A DNA stretch of 64,000 bases from an uncultured delta proteobacterium (GCA_963812015.1 CAWETI010000003.1:1152001-1216000); one strand, 5' to 3'. Positions 20,735 to 31,026 are shown, numbered from the stretch's first letter. A program made the numbers and translations. The notes: generated by a model from the sequence alone, not told the origin.

Positions 20735-21166
20735 ATGATGGCGAACTGGAGCAAGGCCAGGTCTTACGCGGCAATCTGGGTAATTTTTTTCACCATGATG
20801 ATTTATGGTTGTGGCGGGGCCTATCCCGGGGGCGGGGGGCAGACCACCGACTCAGTCGTAATCGACGAATACATGCTGACCACGGCCGGTTTCCAGAAGT
20901 TTAAGCCGAACATGGAAACCCCCAGGACCCAGTCGCTCTTGGACGCCCTGCCCAGCGGGCAGATTACCACCTTCAGGGCCAATGGCACAGCCTATCACGC
21001 CTATCCGGATAAGTTTTCCAACATCCTCTATGTGGGGGACCAGGCCGCCTACGAAAAGTACGTCTCCCTGGCCCAGGGGAAAAAGGTTTGCCAGCGGGTG
21101 GACGCGCCGGACTCGTCGGGATTCTGGGGTTGTTTTCAGGAGATGCAGCAGAAGGCCACAAAGTAG
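20735..21166 (+). CDS. Hypothetical lipoprotein
   Basis: RBS AGGAGG; hydrophobic signal ending IYGC. Confidence 0.75.
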   Translation: MMANWSKARSYAAIWVIFFTMMIYGCGGAYPGGGGQTTDSVVIDEYMLTTAGFQKFKPNMETPRTQSLLDALPSGQITTFRANGTAYHAYPDKFSNILYVGDQAAYEKYVSLAQGKKVCQRVDAPDSSGFWGCFQEMQQKATK

Positions 21167-21182
21167 GCCGCGGTGAAGCCGG

Positions 21183-23237
21183 CTAAAGCTTGCAGATGCC
21201 GTGGATGGAATCGCAAGTCTGAGCATAGAGCCGTTCGATCCAGTCTTCCTGCCGCAGGTAAGGCGTAGGGGCCGCCCCCGCGGCCGTCCGCTTCCGGGCC
21301 AGCCGGCGCAGGATGCGATGGGCCGTGGCAATATAGGTGGCATGGCTCCAGGTCAGGGGAGACACGGAGATTGACTCCCCGGTCAGGGGATTGATCTGCT
21401 CCGGCAGCACCCCTGAAGGCAAGGCGTGGGCGGCCACCCAGGCCAGGAGGTCCATGGCCTGATCCAATTCGCCATCGTCGCCGTTCTTCTCCACCAGGTA
21501 ATCCGCCAGCCACAGGGTGCAGATGAACCAGGGGTTGCCCGGGACTTCCCGGCTGACCCGGTGATAGTCGTCGTTTTCATAACGGGCCAGGCCGCCGATG
21601 GGGGTGTTGACCCATAATTTCTCCCGCAGGGCCGTCATGGTGGCGACCAGACGGGGGTCATCGGCATGGTAGAGGCCGAAGGCAAACAGGCCCCAGAGGC
21701 TGGCGTCGCAGGCGCCGTCCACTTCCCACGGCCCCCCGTGATTGCGGTGGATCATGCGGCAGAACCGGTCGAGCTCCGGGCGCCAGAGATGGGCGGAGGC
21801 GGCATCCCGAATCTCCGCGGCGACTTTTTGATAATAGGCCGCTCGTTCGTCCTCGCCGAAAACCTTGCAGAACAGGGAAGCCGCGGTTAGCCCGCCGAAC
21901 ACCGCGCCCACCGTAAAGCTCAAGATCCCCCGACGTTCTTCCCAGAGATCATAAGAAGGGGCCGGCAGACCGGTCTCGGCATCCCGGTACTGACACATGA
22001 AATCCGCGGTCTTCTTTACCAGGGGCCGGTACAGGGGCTTGATGAAGTCCAGGTCGCGGTATAAGACGAAGTGCTGCCACAAGGCCCAGACCACCAGGGC
22101 GGTGGAGTCCTCCTGGATGGGCAGTTGGGCCTGGCCCTCGTGGTACCAGGGATGCCAGGAGGAGGCCAGGGTGCCGTCGGGATTGAACTTGTGCAGCAGA
22201 CAGCCCTCCGGCTGGAGGAGCCCGGAAATGAACCGGAAGAAATTCCGGGCGGCGGTGGGATGGCCGGCCTGGTCCAGGGCGTAGGCCGCCAGGGCGCCGT
22301 CCCGGGGCCAGACGTAGGAGTAGGTGTCCCGGTTGAAATAGACCACGTCGGAATCGTTGGCCGCCAGAATGCCGCCTTGCCAATCGATCTGGGTCCGCAT
22401 AATGAGGAGGCTGCGGCGGTACAGGGCCGCCACCGCCTCCGGCAGGTGCTCCAGCCCCGGGGATTCCTTTTGGATCCAGAGGCGCCAGTAATCGGCGGTG
22501 CGTTTGAGGTGGCCTTTGGGATGCTTGTGCTTGACCAGGCCATCCAGGCGCAAAACGTCTTCCCAACTCTGGCCGGCGGCCAGCCAATAGTAAGCCTGCC
22601 CCGATTCAAAGGGGGGCAGGGTGAGGGTCAGGCCGATGACCGAATCCACCGATCCCTGGGCGATGGGGTTGCCGGAAAGGAGACCGTCCTCCGCGTCCTT
22701 GAAGGTGCCTTCCCAGCCCTCGTAGCCCTTTTGACCCACGGCAAACTGGCTCAGCCCGCCCCCGTCCACGGTGAAACCGCCGGCCAGGAAATAGCGGGCC
22801 CCTTTATAGTGGACCACGGCGCCGGTCTTGGGGTCGTAGCCGGCGGTATCCCCCAGTTCGTTGCCGGAGATAGCCAGGTCAAGGGTGAAGAACAGGCGAA
22901 TTTCCCGGGGCTGAGGGGAGACGTTGGTTACCACGACTTCCCGGAGATAGAGGTCTTCGTGAAAATCCACCGCGTCGTGGCACGCCAGGGCCAGCCCCAG
23001 GCCAGGATGGGTGAGCTTGACGTCGGTCACCAGAGTGTCCGGCAGATAGCCCAACTCAATCTCCCAATCCGGTCCCACCCAGGCGAACCGGCCGTCCACC
23101 CACACCCCCATGCGGCAGAACTTGCCCCCCACGTGATTTTCGAGACCCACATGGGGAAAATAAAGCTCCCGGATGGCGTAGTGCCGGTCAAAACAGATGA
23201 GCAGCTTGCCGTTGCCCAGGGGGATGTCTCGCGGCAT
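21183..23237 (-). CDS. Glycoside hydrolase family 15 (glucoamylase-like)
   Basis: MPRD..GNG, YSYVWPRDG, YDLWEE, LPEQ, PLTWSHA. Confidence 0.92.
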   Translation of the reverse strand: MPRDIPLGNGKLLICFDRHYAIRELYFPHVGLENHVGGKFCRMGVWVDGRFAWVGPDWEIELGYLPDTLVTDVKLTHPGLGLALACHDAVDFHEDLYLREVVVTNVSPQPREIRLFFTLDLAISGNELGDTAGYDPKTGAVVHYKGARYFLAGGFTVDGGGLSQFAVGQKGYEGWEGTFKDAEDGLLSGNPIAQGSVDSVIGLTLTLPPFESGQAYYWLAAGQSWEDVLRLDGLVKHKHPKGHLKRTADYWRLWIQKESPGLEHLPEAVAALYRRSLLIMRTQIDWQGGILAANDSDVVYFNRDTYSYVWPRDGALAAYALDQAGHPTAARNFFRFISGLLQPEGCLLHKFNPDGTLASSWHPWYHEGQAQLPIQEDSTALVVWALWQHFVLYRDLDFIKPLYRPLVKKTADFMCQYRDAETGLPAPSYDLWEERRGILSFTVGAVFGGLTAASLFCKVFGEDERAAYYQKVAAEIRDAASAHLWRPELDRFCRMIHRNHGGPWEVDGACDASLWGLFAFGLYHADDPRLVATMTALREKLWVNTPIGGLARYENDDYHRVSREVPGNPWFICTLWLADYLVEKNGDDGELDQAMDLLAWVAAHALPSGVLPEQINPLTGESISVSPLTWSHATYIATAHRILRRLARKRTAAGAAPTPYLRQEDWIERLYAQTCDSIHGICKL

Positions 23238-23398
23238 GGGTCCTTTCCTTGGCAGCATCCTGCCATACCTGAATAAATTACCGCCTCATGGCGTTAGGGC
23301 ACCATTTTATCGGAAATAGCTGCATTAGTCTGCTATTTTCAAACGGCAAAGGCCAATGTTCCATGCCCGCTGGGGGATCACCACGAAGGCCTGACCAT

Positions 23399-23423
23399 GT
23401 GGGACAGCCGCCCTCGGCTGTCC
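23399..23423 (+). repeat. REP-like palindrome
   Basis: GTGG-GACAGCCG-CCCT-CGGCTGTC-C, intergenic. Confidence 0.6.
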
Positions 23424-23558
23424 ATGGGCGTGATGAGAAAAGCGGCGGGTTTTTCCCTGCCGCCGGGAATCAGGCAAAGGTGGCAATCGGGGTTATGAGG
23501 CATTATTGTTGAGGTATAAGTACGCTAAGCATGGAGGGAATGAGGGCAGGAGGGGCGT

Positions 23559-24401
23559 ATGGACTTCCACGAACCGAGAATCCTGGGGCGCACCGGTCTG
23601 AAGGTGGGCCGGCTCGGGGTGGCCGGCGGCTACGGGGCCCCGGCCGCGGCCTTTGAAGAGGCCTTTGAGCGGGGCTGCAACTATTTTTACTGGGGGTCGC
23701 TGCGCCGGGCCGGGATGGCCCAGGCCATTAAAAATCTCTGCGGCCGGGGGAAGCGGGAGGAGCTGGTCATCGTCATCCAGAGCTACGCCCGCTCGCCCGC
23801 GCTGATGGAAATTTTTGGTGAGTGGGCCTTAAAGGGCCTGGATATTGAAGCCGCCGACGTCCTGCTCCTGGGCTGGCACAACCGGCGGCCCCCGGCGCGC
23901 CTCCTGGACCGAGCCCTGGCCCTGAAGGAGCAGGGGAGATTCCGGTTTCTGGGCCTGTCGGGCCACAACCGGAAGCTGTTCCCGGAGCTGGCCCAAGAAG
24001 GCATCTTTGACGTTTTTCATGTGCGCTACAACGCCGCCCATCGGGGCGCGGAGACGGAGACCTTCCCCGCCTTACAGGATTTGCCTCCCGAGGTGCGACC
24101 CGGGCTGGTGACTTATACCGCTACCCGGTGGGGGCAACTGCTGAAGGACAAGCGCATGCCTCCCGGGGAGCCGGCGCCCTCCGCGGCGGATTGCTACCGC
24201 TTCGTCCTGTCCCACCCGGCGGTGGACGTGTGTATGACCGGACCGAAGAACCTGGCCCAGATGCAGGAGGCCCTCCGGGCCCTGGACCTGGGCCCCCTGC
24301 ATGAGACGGAGTTGGCCCGCCTGAGACGGGTGGGGGATCACCTGAGAGGCTATGGTCGTGTCCCGGGAGTTTCTTGCAAATTCCGGCTCCCATTCCCCTA
24401 A
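23559..24401 (+). CDS. Aldo/keto reductase family protein
   Basis: RILGRTGLKV, GCNYF, FLGLSGHNR, YRFVLSHPAVDV..GP. Confidence 0.85.
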   Translation: MDFHEPRILGRTGLKVGRLGVAGGYGAPAAAFEEAFERGCNYFYWGSLRRAGMAQAIKNLCGRGKREELVIVIQSYARSPALMEIFGEWALKGLDIEAADVLLLGWHNRRPPARLLDRALALKEQGRFRFLGLSGHNRKLFPELAQEGIFDVFHVRYNAAHRGAETETFPALQDLPPEVRPGLVTYTATRWGQLLKDKRMPPGEPAPSAADCYRFVLSHPAVDVCMTGPKNLAQMQEALRALDLGPLHETELARLRRVGDHLRGYGRVPGVSCKFRLPFP

Positions 24402-24407
24402 ACCGTT

Positions 24408-24435
24408 ATAGGGGCGGTTAGCGAACCGCTCCTAC
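24408..24435 (-). repeat. REP-like palindrome
   Basis: Minus strand GTAG-GAGCGGTT-CGCT-AACCGCCC-CTAT just after the AKR stop. Confidence 0.6.
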
Positions 24436-24552
24436 CGAAAACATCCCCAAGAAGTAGGAATATTTTTGGACGATATACCTGGGACGCAACATTAACGACC
24501 GGGGCCAATCCCCCGACTTGCCATTCGCGGCCAGTTTGGTTAGGATGAGGCC

Positions 24553-24810
24553 ATGAGCACCGCGTTCAGCTTTTTTCTGAGGCTGTTCCTCTGCTTCGTG
24601 GCGGCCAGATTTCTCCTTCAGGCCATCGGGGTGGAGGGGCGAAGTTACCTGGTTAGCTTGACCATCCTCTTTTTAGTCAATGTTTACTGGTTCAGTTACC
24701 TGGTGTTCCGGGACCGGAGCGCGCCCCCGGCCGCAACCGCCCCCGGCCCTGCTGACCCCGGGTCCGAGACGGGGGAGCCTCCTGGGAATAAGGCGCAGCC
24801 CGGGGCCTGA
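24553..24810 (+). CDS. Small two-TM membrane protein
   Basis: Two hydrophobic segments and a Pro-rich tail; preceded by TTGCCA-N17-TAGGAT. Confidence 0.65.
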   Translation: MSTAFSFFLRLFLCFVAARFLLQAIGVEGRSYLVSLTILFLVNVYWFSYLVFRDRSAPPAATAPGPADPGSETGEPPGNKAQPGA

Positions 24811-24998
24811 GCCGCCCCAGCACCTGTCTGAATGCCGGTTCGTTGAGGCGGATCAGCCCCACCCGGCAGGAGAGAGGAGCGGCGCGGTTCCCGGAGAAAT
24901 TTCCTGCCGGGACGCCACCCCGAAAAAATAAAGCCGACAAAGAAATCATGCTATCCCGAAAGGTTAGGTGCAGAGGCGCATTGGCGGTGATTTTTTCC

Positions 24999-25028
24999 TT
25001 GACACCGATTTTGTGAATGTTTTAACAT
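24999..25028 (+). promoter_or_regulatory. dsr operon promoter with overlapping Rex-like operator
   Basis: TTGACA (24999) N18 TAACAT (25023); TTGTGAA-TGTT-TTAACAT at 25011-25028 versus Rex consensus TTGTGAA-N4-TTCACAA. Confidence 0.65.
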
Positions 25029-25072
25029 TCAAATGCTCTCATCCGTTTTTTTTGGTGAAACGAAATCCTTCG

Positions 25073-25582
25073 ATGCAATTAACCACGCACTTATCTCAGA
25101 ACAAATCCGCCATCCTGGGTCGCTGGCTCAACATGCTTTATGGGAGCTATCCGCCTGAGACGGCTATTTTTTTGCGCCGGGAAAAGGACCGCTTCGACAA
25201 TCCCATGGGCTACCGGATCTCCGAGGGGCTGGAAGGGTTGTATGAGGCCCTCCTCCAAGAGACGGAACGGGACCAGGTCCTGAATTCCCTCGATGAAATC
25301 ATCCGCATCCGAGCGCTCCAGGATTATGCCCCCTCCAAGGCTCTGGCCTTCGTCTTTTTATTGAAGAACGCCATTCGCGAGGAGGTGGGCGAGGAAATCC
25401 GGAAAGAAGACCTGGCCGGGGAACTCCTGGACCTGGAGGCCAGGATCGACGGCCTGGCTTTGCTGGCCTTCGACGTCTACACCAAGCGCCGGGAGAAGCT
25501 CCAGGATCTCCGGGTCGACGAGATGAAGCGCCGAATCAGCGGAGTTATGCGCAAGGCAGGCATCGGTGGCGACAGCCTGTAG
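25073..25582 (+). CDS. dsrT: DsrT (RsbRD N-terminal domain protein)
   Basis: SYP....FL..EKDRFDNPMG, LDEIIRIRALQD..PS.A..FVFLLK; directly upstream of dsrM. Confidence 0.9.
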   Translation: MQLTTHLSQNKSAILGRWLNMLYGSYPPETAIFLRREKDRFDNPMGYRISEGLEGLYEALLQETERDQVLNSLDEIIRIRALQDYAPSKALAFVFLLKNAIREEVGEEIRKEDLAGELLDLEARIDGLALLAFDVYTKRREKLQDLRVDEMKRRISGVMRKAGIGGDSL

Positions 25583-25626
25583 CAGGTATTGGCAGCAAAC
25601 GGTTAACTGAAACGAGGTGACAGTAC

Positions 25627-26661
25627 ATGGATTTTTTTAAGCGTCATTTCTTTGTGGCCTTGTCTGCGGTCCTGGGACTGATCATTATCGCCTACGTGGG
25701 AGCCAGGGGCAATGTGCAGATCGTCTTTGGGGTGGTCGTGCCCTATCTGGCCGCGCTCATCTTCGTGGAGGGCGTGATCTACCGGGTCATCCAGTGGGCC
25801 CGGTCGCCGGTACCCTTCCGGATTCCCACCACCGCCGCGCAGAACCGTTCCCTGCCCTGGATCGAGCGGAACCTGGGGGAGAAGCTGGATAATCCCGCCG
25901 ACACTCCCCATCTCATCGGCCGCATGGCCCTGGAAGTGTTGGCCTTCCGGAGCCTGTTCCGGAACCTGCGGACGGAACTGGTGAAGGACCCGGACAACCC
26001 CGAAGGTGCCCGGCTCATTCACTGGTCCTACAAGTGGCTGTGGCTGGGAGCCATCGCTTTCCACTACGCCTTTCTGGTGGTCATTCTGCGCCACCTCCGG
26101 TTCTTCACCGAACCGGTGTTATTCCCCATCAACCTGCTCTCCGAGGTGGACGGCTTCTTCCAGTTCTTCACGCCGGCAGTGTATTTGAGCGGCGTCGTCC
26201 TCGTGGTGGCCGTGGCTTACCTTTTGTTCCGCCGGATCACCAATCCGACCCTGCGCTACATCTCCCTGGCGGCGGATTACTTTCCACTGCTCCTGATCCT
26301 GGCCATCGGGCTCACCGGGATCCTCATGCGGTATTACTTCAAGACGGACGTGGTGGCGGTGAAGGAGTTGGCCATCGGCCTGGTGACCTTGCATCCCCAG
26401 ATACCGGCGAACATCAGTTCCCTCTTTTACGTCCACCTCTTTTTAGTCTGCGTGCTCTTTGCCTATTTCCCCTTTAGCAAGCTGATGCACGCTCCGGGGG
26501 TGTTCATGAGTCCCACCCGGAACCTGACCTGCAACAACCGTTGGGTCCTGCACGTCAACCCCTGGAACTATCCCGTCAAGTTCCATTCGTATGCGGAATA
26601 TGAAGATAAGTTTAGGGAACCCATGATCGAAGCGGGGATCCCGGTCGAAAAGGAGCAATGA
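25627..26661 (+). CDS. dsrM: DsrM, NarI-like cytochrome b subunit
   Basis: WARSPVPFRIPTT, LEVLAFRSLFRN, FHYAF..RHLRFF, YFPFSKLMH..GVFMSPTRN. Confidence 0.96.
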   Translation: MDFFKRHFFVALSAVLGLIIIAYVGARGNVQIVFGVVVPYLAALIFVEGVIYRVIQWARSPVPFRIPTTAAQNRSLPWIERNLGEKLDNPADTPHLIGRMALEVLAFRSLFRNLRTELVKDPDNPEGARLIHWSYKWLWLGAIAFHYAFLVVILRHLRFFTEPVLFPINLLSEVDGFFQFFTPAVYLSGVVLVVAVAYLLFRRITNPTLRYISLAADYFPLLLILAIGLTGILMRYYFKTDVVAVKELAIGLVTLHPQIPANISSLFYVHLFLVCVLFAYFPFSKLMHAPGVFMSPTRNLTCNNRWVLHVNPWNYPVKFHSYAEYEDKFREPMIEAGIPVEKEQ

Positions 26662-26665
26662 GTTT

Positions 26666-28303
26666 ATGGCCAAGGTTCCGACACCAGCAGATCTGCTCAC
26701 TGGGTTAAGCTACAAGCCGCCGGAGAAAGGCTGGATGGACGTCAAGCCGGACTTTCGGCCGGGCACCTATTGTAATTCGGCCAATCCCAAGTGGATGGAA
26801 TGGCTCAGCTACCCCTTCCCCCGCGCCTGGTCGGTGACCGACGAGGATTGGCAGTTGCCTAAGGATTGGAAGGAAATCATCTTGCAGGGGATGGAAGACC
26901 GGCTGAAACGCTTCCGGTCCCTCAAGGTCTTTTTCGATATCTGCGTCCGCTGCGGGGCCTGCGCCGACAAGTGCCACTTCTTCCTGGGCACGGGCGATCC
27001 CAAGAACATGCCGGTCCTCCGGGCCGAGCTCTTACGGTCGGTGTACCGGCGCTACTTCAAGACGATCGGCCGGGCCCTGGGCGAAATCGCCGGCGCCCGG
27101 GACCTCACCGAAGACGTCATCAAGGAGTGGTTCTTCTACCTGCACCAGTGCACCATCTGCCGGCGGTGTTCGCTGTTCTGCCCCTACGGCATCGACATGG
27201 CGGAGATGACCATCCTGGGCCGGGAGCTGCTGGCCTCGGTGGGCGTAAACATCGACTGGGCCATGGCTTCGGTGGCCCAGTGCTACGACAAAGGCAGCCA
27301 CATCGGCGCCACCCCTCAGGCCTTCAAGGACATGGTCGACTTCCTGGCCGAGGAAAACGAGCGGGTCACCGGCATTAGCACCATCCCATCCATTAACCGC
27401 AAGGGCGCCGAGGTCCTCTTTGTCATGCCCTCCGGCGACTACTTCGCCGACCCCGGCACCTTCACCATGATGGGCTACATGCTGTTGTTCGAACATATCG
27501 GCCTGGACTACACGCTCAGCACCTACGCCGCCGAAGGCGGCAACTTCGGCTGGTTCATCTCCCACGAGATGGGGAAAAGGCTCAACGCCAAGATCTATCA
27601 CGAGGCCAAGCGCCTGGGAGTAAAATGGATTTTGGGCGGCGAGTGCGGCCACATGTGGCGGGTGTGCAACCAGTACATGCCTACCTGGTGGGGCCCGGTG
27701 GACTTCCTGGAGGAGCCGGTATCCCCCATCACCGGCACTAAGTTCGAGAACGCCACGGTCCACAAGATGGTGCACATCTCGGAATTCACCGCCGACCTGA
27801 TCCACCACGGCAAGTTGAACCTGGATCCCCAGAGAAACGCCCACATCAAACTGACCTTTCATGACTCCTGCAACACCGCTCGGGGCATGGGGATCTTGGA
27901 AGAGCCGCGCTACATCATTAACAACGTTCTGCCCGAGGGGAACTTCGTAGAGATGCCCCCCAACACTATCCGGGAGAAGGCCTTCTGCTGCGGCAGTTCC
28001 AGCGGCATCAACGCCAACGAGAACATGGAGCTCCGCATGCAGGGCGGCTTCCCCCGGGCCAACGCCGTGCGCTACGTGCATGACAAATACGGGGTGAACC
28101 ACCTGGGCTGCATCTGCGCCCTGGACCGGGCCACCCTCCCCACCCTGCTGCAGTACTGGGTGCCGGAAGTGGAGATCACGGGCATCAGCGAACTGGTGGG
28201 CAATGCCCTGGTATTCCCGGACGAGATCGAGCGCACCACCGACCTCCGCGACCGCGACCTGGTAGGCTTCGGCGAGGAGGAGGGCGGGGAGGAAGAGGAA
28301 TAA
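26666..28303 (+). CDS. dsrK: DsrK, Fe-S catalytic subunit
   Basis: CVRCGACADKC, CTICRRCSLFCP, GECGH, HDSC, CCG. Confidence 0.96.
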   Translation: MAKVPTPADLLTGLSYKPPEKGWMDVKPDFRPGTYCNSANPKWMEWLSYPFPRAWSVTDEDWQLPKDWKEIILQGMEDRLKRFRSLKVFFDICVRCGACADKCHFFLGTGDPKNMPVLRAELLRSVYRRYFKTIGRALGEIAGARDLTEDVIKEWFFYLHQCTICRRCSLFCPYGIDMAEMTILGRELLASVGVNIDWAMASVAQCYDKGSHIGATPQAFKDMVDFLAEENERVTGISTIPSINRKGAEVLFVMPSGDYFADPGTFTMMGYMLLFEHIGLDYTLSTYAAEGGNFGWFISHEMGKRLNAKIYHEAKRLGVKWILGGECGHMWRVCNQYMPTWWGPVDFLEEPVSPITGTKFENATVHKMVHISEFTADLIHHGKLNLDPQRNAHIKLTFHDSCNTARGMGILEEPRYIINNVLPEGNFVEMPPNTIREKAFCCGSSSGINANENMELRMQGGFPRANAVRYVHDKYGVNHLGCICALDRATLPTLLQYWVPEVEITGISELVGNALVFPDEIERTTDLRDRDLVGFGEEEGGEEEE

Positions 28304-28304
28304 C

Positions 28305-28802
28305 ATGGCCGACTACAAGAACGAATTTGGGGTTTTTGGAGAGCGTCCGAAGGTCGAAAAAAAGCTCTTCGACCGCAATAAGGTCATTGCCGGCGTGGTG
28401 ATCTTCCTGGTGATGATTACCATTCCGCTGTGGCAAAACCTGGGGAAAACCGTGGCGCCGCCGGCCCCCAAGCTGGATACGCCGGCCATTCAGAAACTGG
28501 CCGAGAAAGATAAAAAGTGCGTGATGCCCACGGAATGGATGCGGGCCAACCACATGCAGATGCTCGTGGATTGGCGGGAAAACGTGGTCCGCACCAAAGA
28601 GCAGCAGGTTACCACCAGCCGGGGGAGAGAATTTGTCGCTCCCGATGGGAAACAATACCTTGCCAGCCTTACCAATACCTGCTTGGAATGTCACTCCAAC
28701 AAAGCTCAATTTTGCGATCAATGTCACAACTATGTGTCGGTAGCGCCTAATTGTTTTGGGTGCCACCTGGAAACGGGCAAGAAGCTGGCGGAGGCGAAGT
28801 GA
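28305..28802 (+). CDS. dsrJ: DsrJ triheme cytochrome c
   Basis: CV..MRANHM, CLECH, CDQCH, CFGCH. Confidence 0.95.
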   Translation: MADYKNEFGVFGERPKVEKKLFDRNKVIAGVVIFLVMITIPLWQNLGKTVAPPAPKLDTPAIQKLAEKDKKCVMPTEWMRANHMQMLVDWRENVVRTKEQQVTTSRGREFVAPDGKQYLASLTNTCLECHSNKAQFCDQCHNYVSVAPNCFGCHLETGKKLAEAK

Positions 28803-29614
28803 TGGGTATCGACAGAAGAGAATTTATCAGGATAGCCGGACTCTCCACCCTCTTGGGTCTGGGAGGTAAAGGAGCCTTTGAATTATTGGCCCCCGGCCGG
28901 GTAGAGGCCGAGATCATCCCGGCCCCGGGTTCGATGCAAGCCAAACGCTGGGCCATGGTGATCAACCAAAAGAAACTGGATGATGCCACCGCCCAGCAGT
29001 GTATCGATGCCTGCCACCGGGTCCACAATGTCCCGAATTTCACCAATCCCCCGGATGACAAGCTGAAACTTAACCCCGAGGTGGCCAACCGCTACCAGAT
29101 CAAGTGGCTCTGGACCGAGCATTTTCACAACGCCTTCCCCGGGGAGGAGCAGCCGCACCTGGCCGAAAAGGTGGAGCACATGAACTTCTTCGTGCTCTGC
29201 AACCATTGTGCGAATCCTCCTTGCGTGCGGGTGTGTCCCACCAAGGCCACCTTCCAGCGGGAAGACGGCATCGTCATGATGGACATGCACCGCTGCATCG
29301 GCTGCCGCTTTTGCATGGCCGGTTGCCCCTATGGCTCCCGGAGTTTCAACTGGCGTGATCCTCGTCCTTACGTCAAAGAGGTCTTCCCCGGCTATCCCAC
29401 CCGGGAGATCGGGGTGGTGGAAAAGTGCACCTTCTGCGCCGAACGGTTGGCCCAGGGCATGATGCCGGCCTGCGTGGAAGCGTCCGGTGGAGCCATGATC
29501 TTTGGAGACCTGGAGGATGAAAAATCCCAGGTGCGGGAGTACCTCCGGACGTACTTTACCATCCGGCGGAAGGCCCATCTCGGTACGAACCCGCAAGTTT
29601 ACTATATCGTGTGA
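28802..29614 (+). CDS. dsrO: DsrO periplasmic Fe-S protein
   Basis: Tat signal DRREFI; CNHCANPPCVRVCP, CIGCRFCMAGCP, EKCTFC. Confidence 0.95.
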   Translation: MGIDRREFIRIAGLSTLLGLGGKGAFELLAPGRVEAEIIPAPGSMQAKRWAMVINQKKLDDATAQQCIDACHRVHNVPNFTNPPDDKLKLNPEVANRYQIKWLWTEHFHNAFPGEEQPHLAEKVEHMNFFVLCNHCANPPCVRVCPTKATFQREDGIVMMDMHRCIGCRFCMAGCPYGSRSFNWRDPRPYVKEVFPGYPTREIGVVEKCTFCAERLAQGMMPACVEASGGAMIFGDLEDEKSQVREYLRTYFTIRRKAHLGTNPQVYYIV

Positions 29615-29622
29615 GGTAGGTC

Positions 29623-30780
29623 ATGCTTGAAAAGGCGCTGGTCGGTACGAAACGGTACTACGGATTGCTGGCGATCCTGGCGGGCATCTTCGCGCTGGGG
29701 TTTCTCTTTTATTTAAAGCAGTTACATGTTGGTTTGGGGATCACCGGCATGGGCCGGGACGTGTCCTGGGGGTTCTACATCTCCCAGTTCACCTATCTGG
29801 TCGGCGTGGCGGCCTCGGCGGTCATGGTGGTCCTGCCCTATTACCTCCACAACTACAAGGCCTTCGGCCGGGTGACTATCCTGGGCGAATTCCTGGCGGT
29901 GGCCGCGGTGTCCATGTGCGTCACGTTCGTGCTGGTGGACATGGGGCGGCCCGACCGGGTCTTCAATGTCTTCAAGTATCCCACTCCCGGCTCGGTTATG
30001 TTCTGGGATATCATCGTCCTGAACGGTTATCTTATACTCAATATCCTGATCGGCTGGAACGTCCTGGAATGCGAGCGTCATTCGATAGCGCCGCCCAAAT
30101 GGGTCAAGTTCCTGAGTTATGTTTCCATCCCCTGGGCCGTGAGTATTCACACGGTGACCGCGTTCCTGTATGCCGGTCTGCCCGGGCGGGGCTACTGGCT
30201 TACCGCCATCCTGGCGCCCCGGTTCCTGTCTTCGGCCTTTGCCGCAGGCCCGGCGCTGCTTATTCTCCTGTGCCTGCTGGTCCGGAAGTACTCCAAGTTT
30301 GATCCCGGCAAAGAGCAGATTCAGTCCCTGGCCAAAGTCGTCACCTATGCCACTCTGATCAACGTGTTCTTCTTCTTCTGTGAAGTCTTTACGGTGTTCT
30401 ACAGTCAGCTCCCCGACCACATGGCCCATTTCAAATACCTGTTTGTCGGGCTCGACGGCAAGGGCCAACTGGTGCCGTTGATGTGGTTTTCCATCGTGGG
30501 CATGACGGTTGCGGGTCTTTTTTTGGTGAACCCCAAACTCAGAAAAAATGAAACCACCCTGGCGGCTCTCTGCGGTCTGGTCATTATTACCACCTGGCTC
30601 GACAAGGGGCTGGGTCTCATGACCGGCGGTTTTGTGCCCAATACCCTGGAGCATGTCACCGAGTACTGGCCCACCACGCCCGAAGCCATTATCGCCCTGG
30701 GCGTCTGGGCCATGGGGTTCTTGGTCCTTACCTTGCTCTACAAGGTAGCCGTGTCCATCAAGGAAGAAATCAAGGCCTAG
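29623..30780 (+). CDS. dsrP: DsrP, NrfD-family membrane subunit
   Basis: DVSWGFYISQFTYLVGVAASAVM, DMGRPDR, SIPWAVSIHTVTAFL. Confidence 0.96.
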   Translation: MLEKALVGTKRYYGLLAILAGIFALGFLFYLKQLHVGLGITGMGRDVSWGFYISQFTYLVGVAASAVMVVLPYYLHNYKAFGRVTILGEFLAVAAVSMCVTFVLVDMGRPDRVFNVFKYPTPGSVMFWDIIVLNGYLILNILIGWNVLECERHSIAPPKWVKFLSYVSIPWAVSIHTVTAFLYAGLPGRGYWLTAILAPRFLSSAFAAGPALLILLCLLVRKYSKFDPGKEQIQSLAKVVTYATLINVFFFFCEVFTVFYSQLPDHMAHFKYLFVGLDGKGQLVPLMWFSIVGMTVAGLFLVNPKLRKNETTLAALCGLVIITTWLDKGLGLMTGGFVPNTLEHVTEYWPTTPEAIIALGVWAMGFLVLTLLYKVAVSIKEEIKA

Positions 30781-30819
30781 GTATATCTGACTTTTTTTGC
30801 TCAAGGGAGGTAAAACGTC

Positions 30820-31008
30820 ATGGGTTGGCGAGTCGAAGTGGATACCGATAAGTGCACCGGCGACGAGGAGTGCGTCAACGTTTGTCCCGTAGGCGTGTTC
30901 GAGATGCAGGATGAGAAAGCCGTCCCGGTGAATGAGGACGAGTGTCTAGGTTGCGAAAGTTGTGTTGAAGTCTGCCCCTCGAGCGCCATTACCCTAACCG
31001 AAACCTAG
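30820..31008 (+). CDS. Dicluster ferredoxin with CxxDxxC variant
   Basis: CTGDEECVNVCP and CLGCESCVEVCP; RBS GGGAGG. Confidence 0.93.
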   Translation: MGWRVEVDTDKCTGDEECVNVCPVGVFEMQDEKAVPVNEDECLGCESCVEVCPSSAITLTET

Positions 31009-31026
31009 TCTTAGCTGGCAGGCTCC

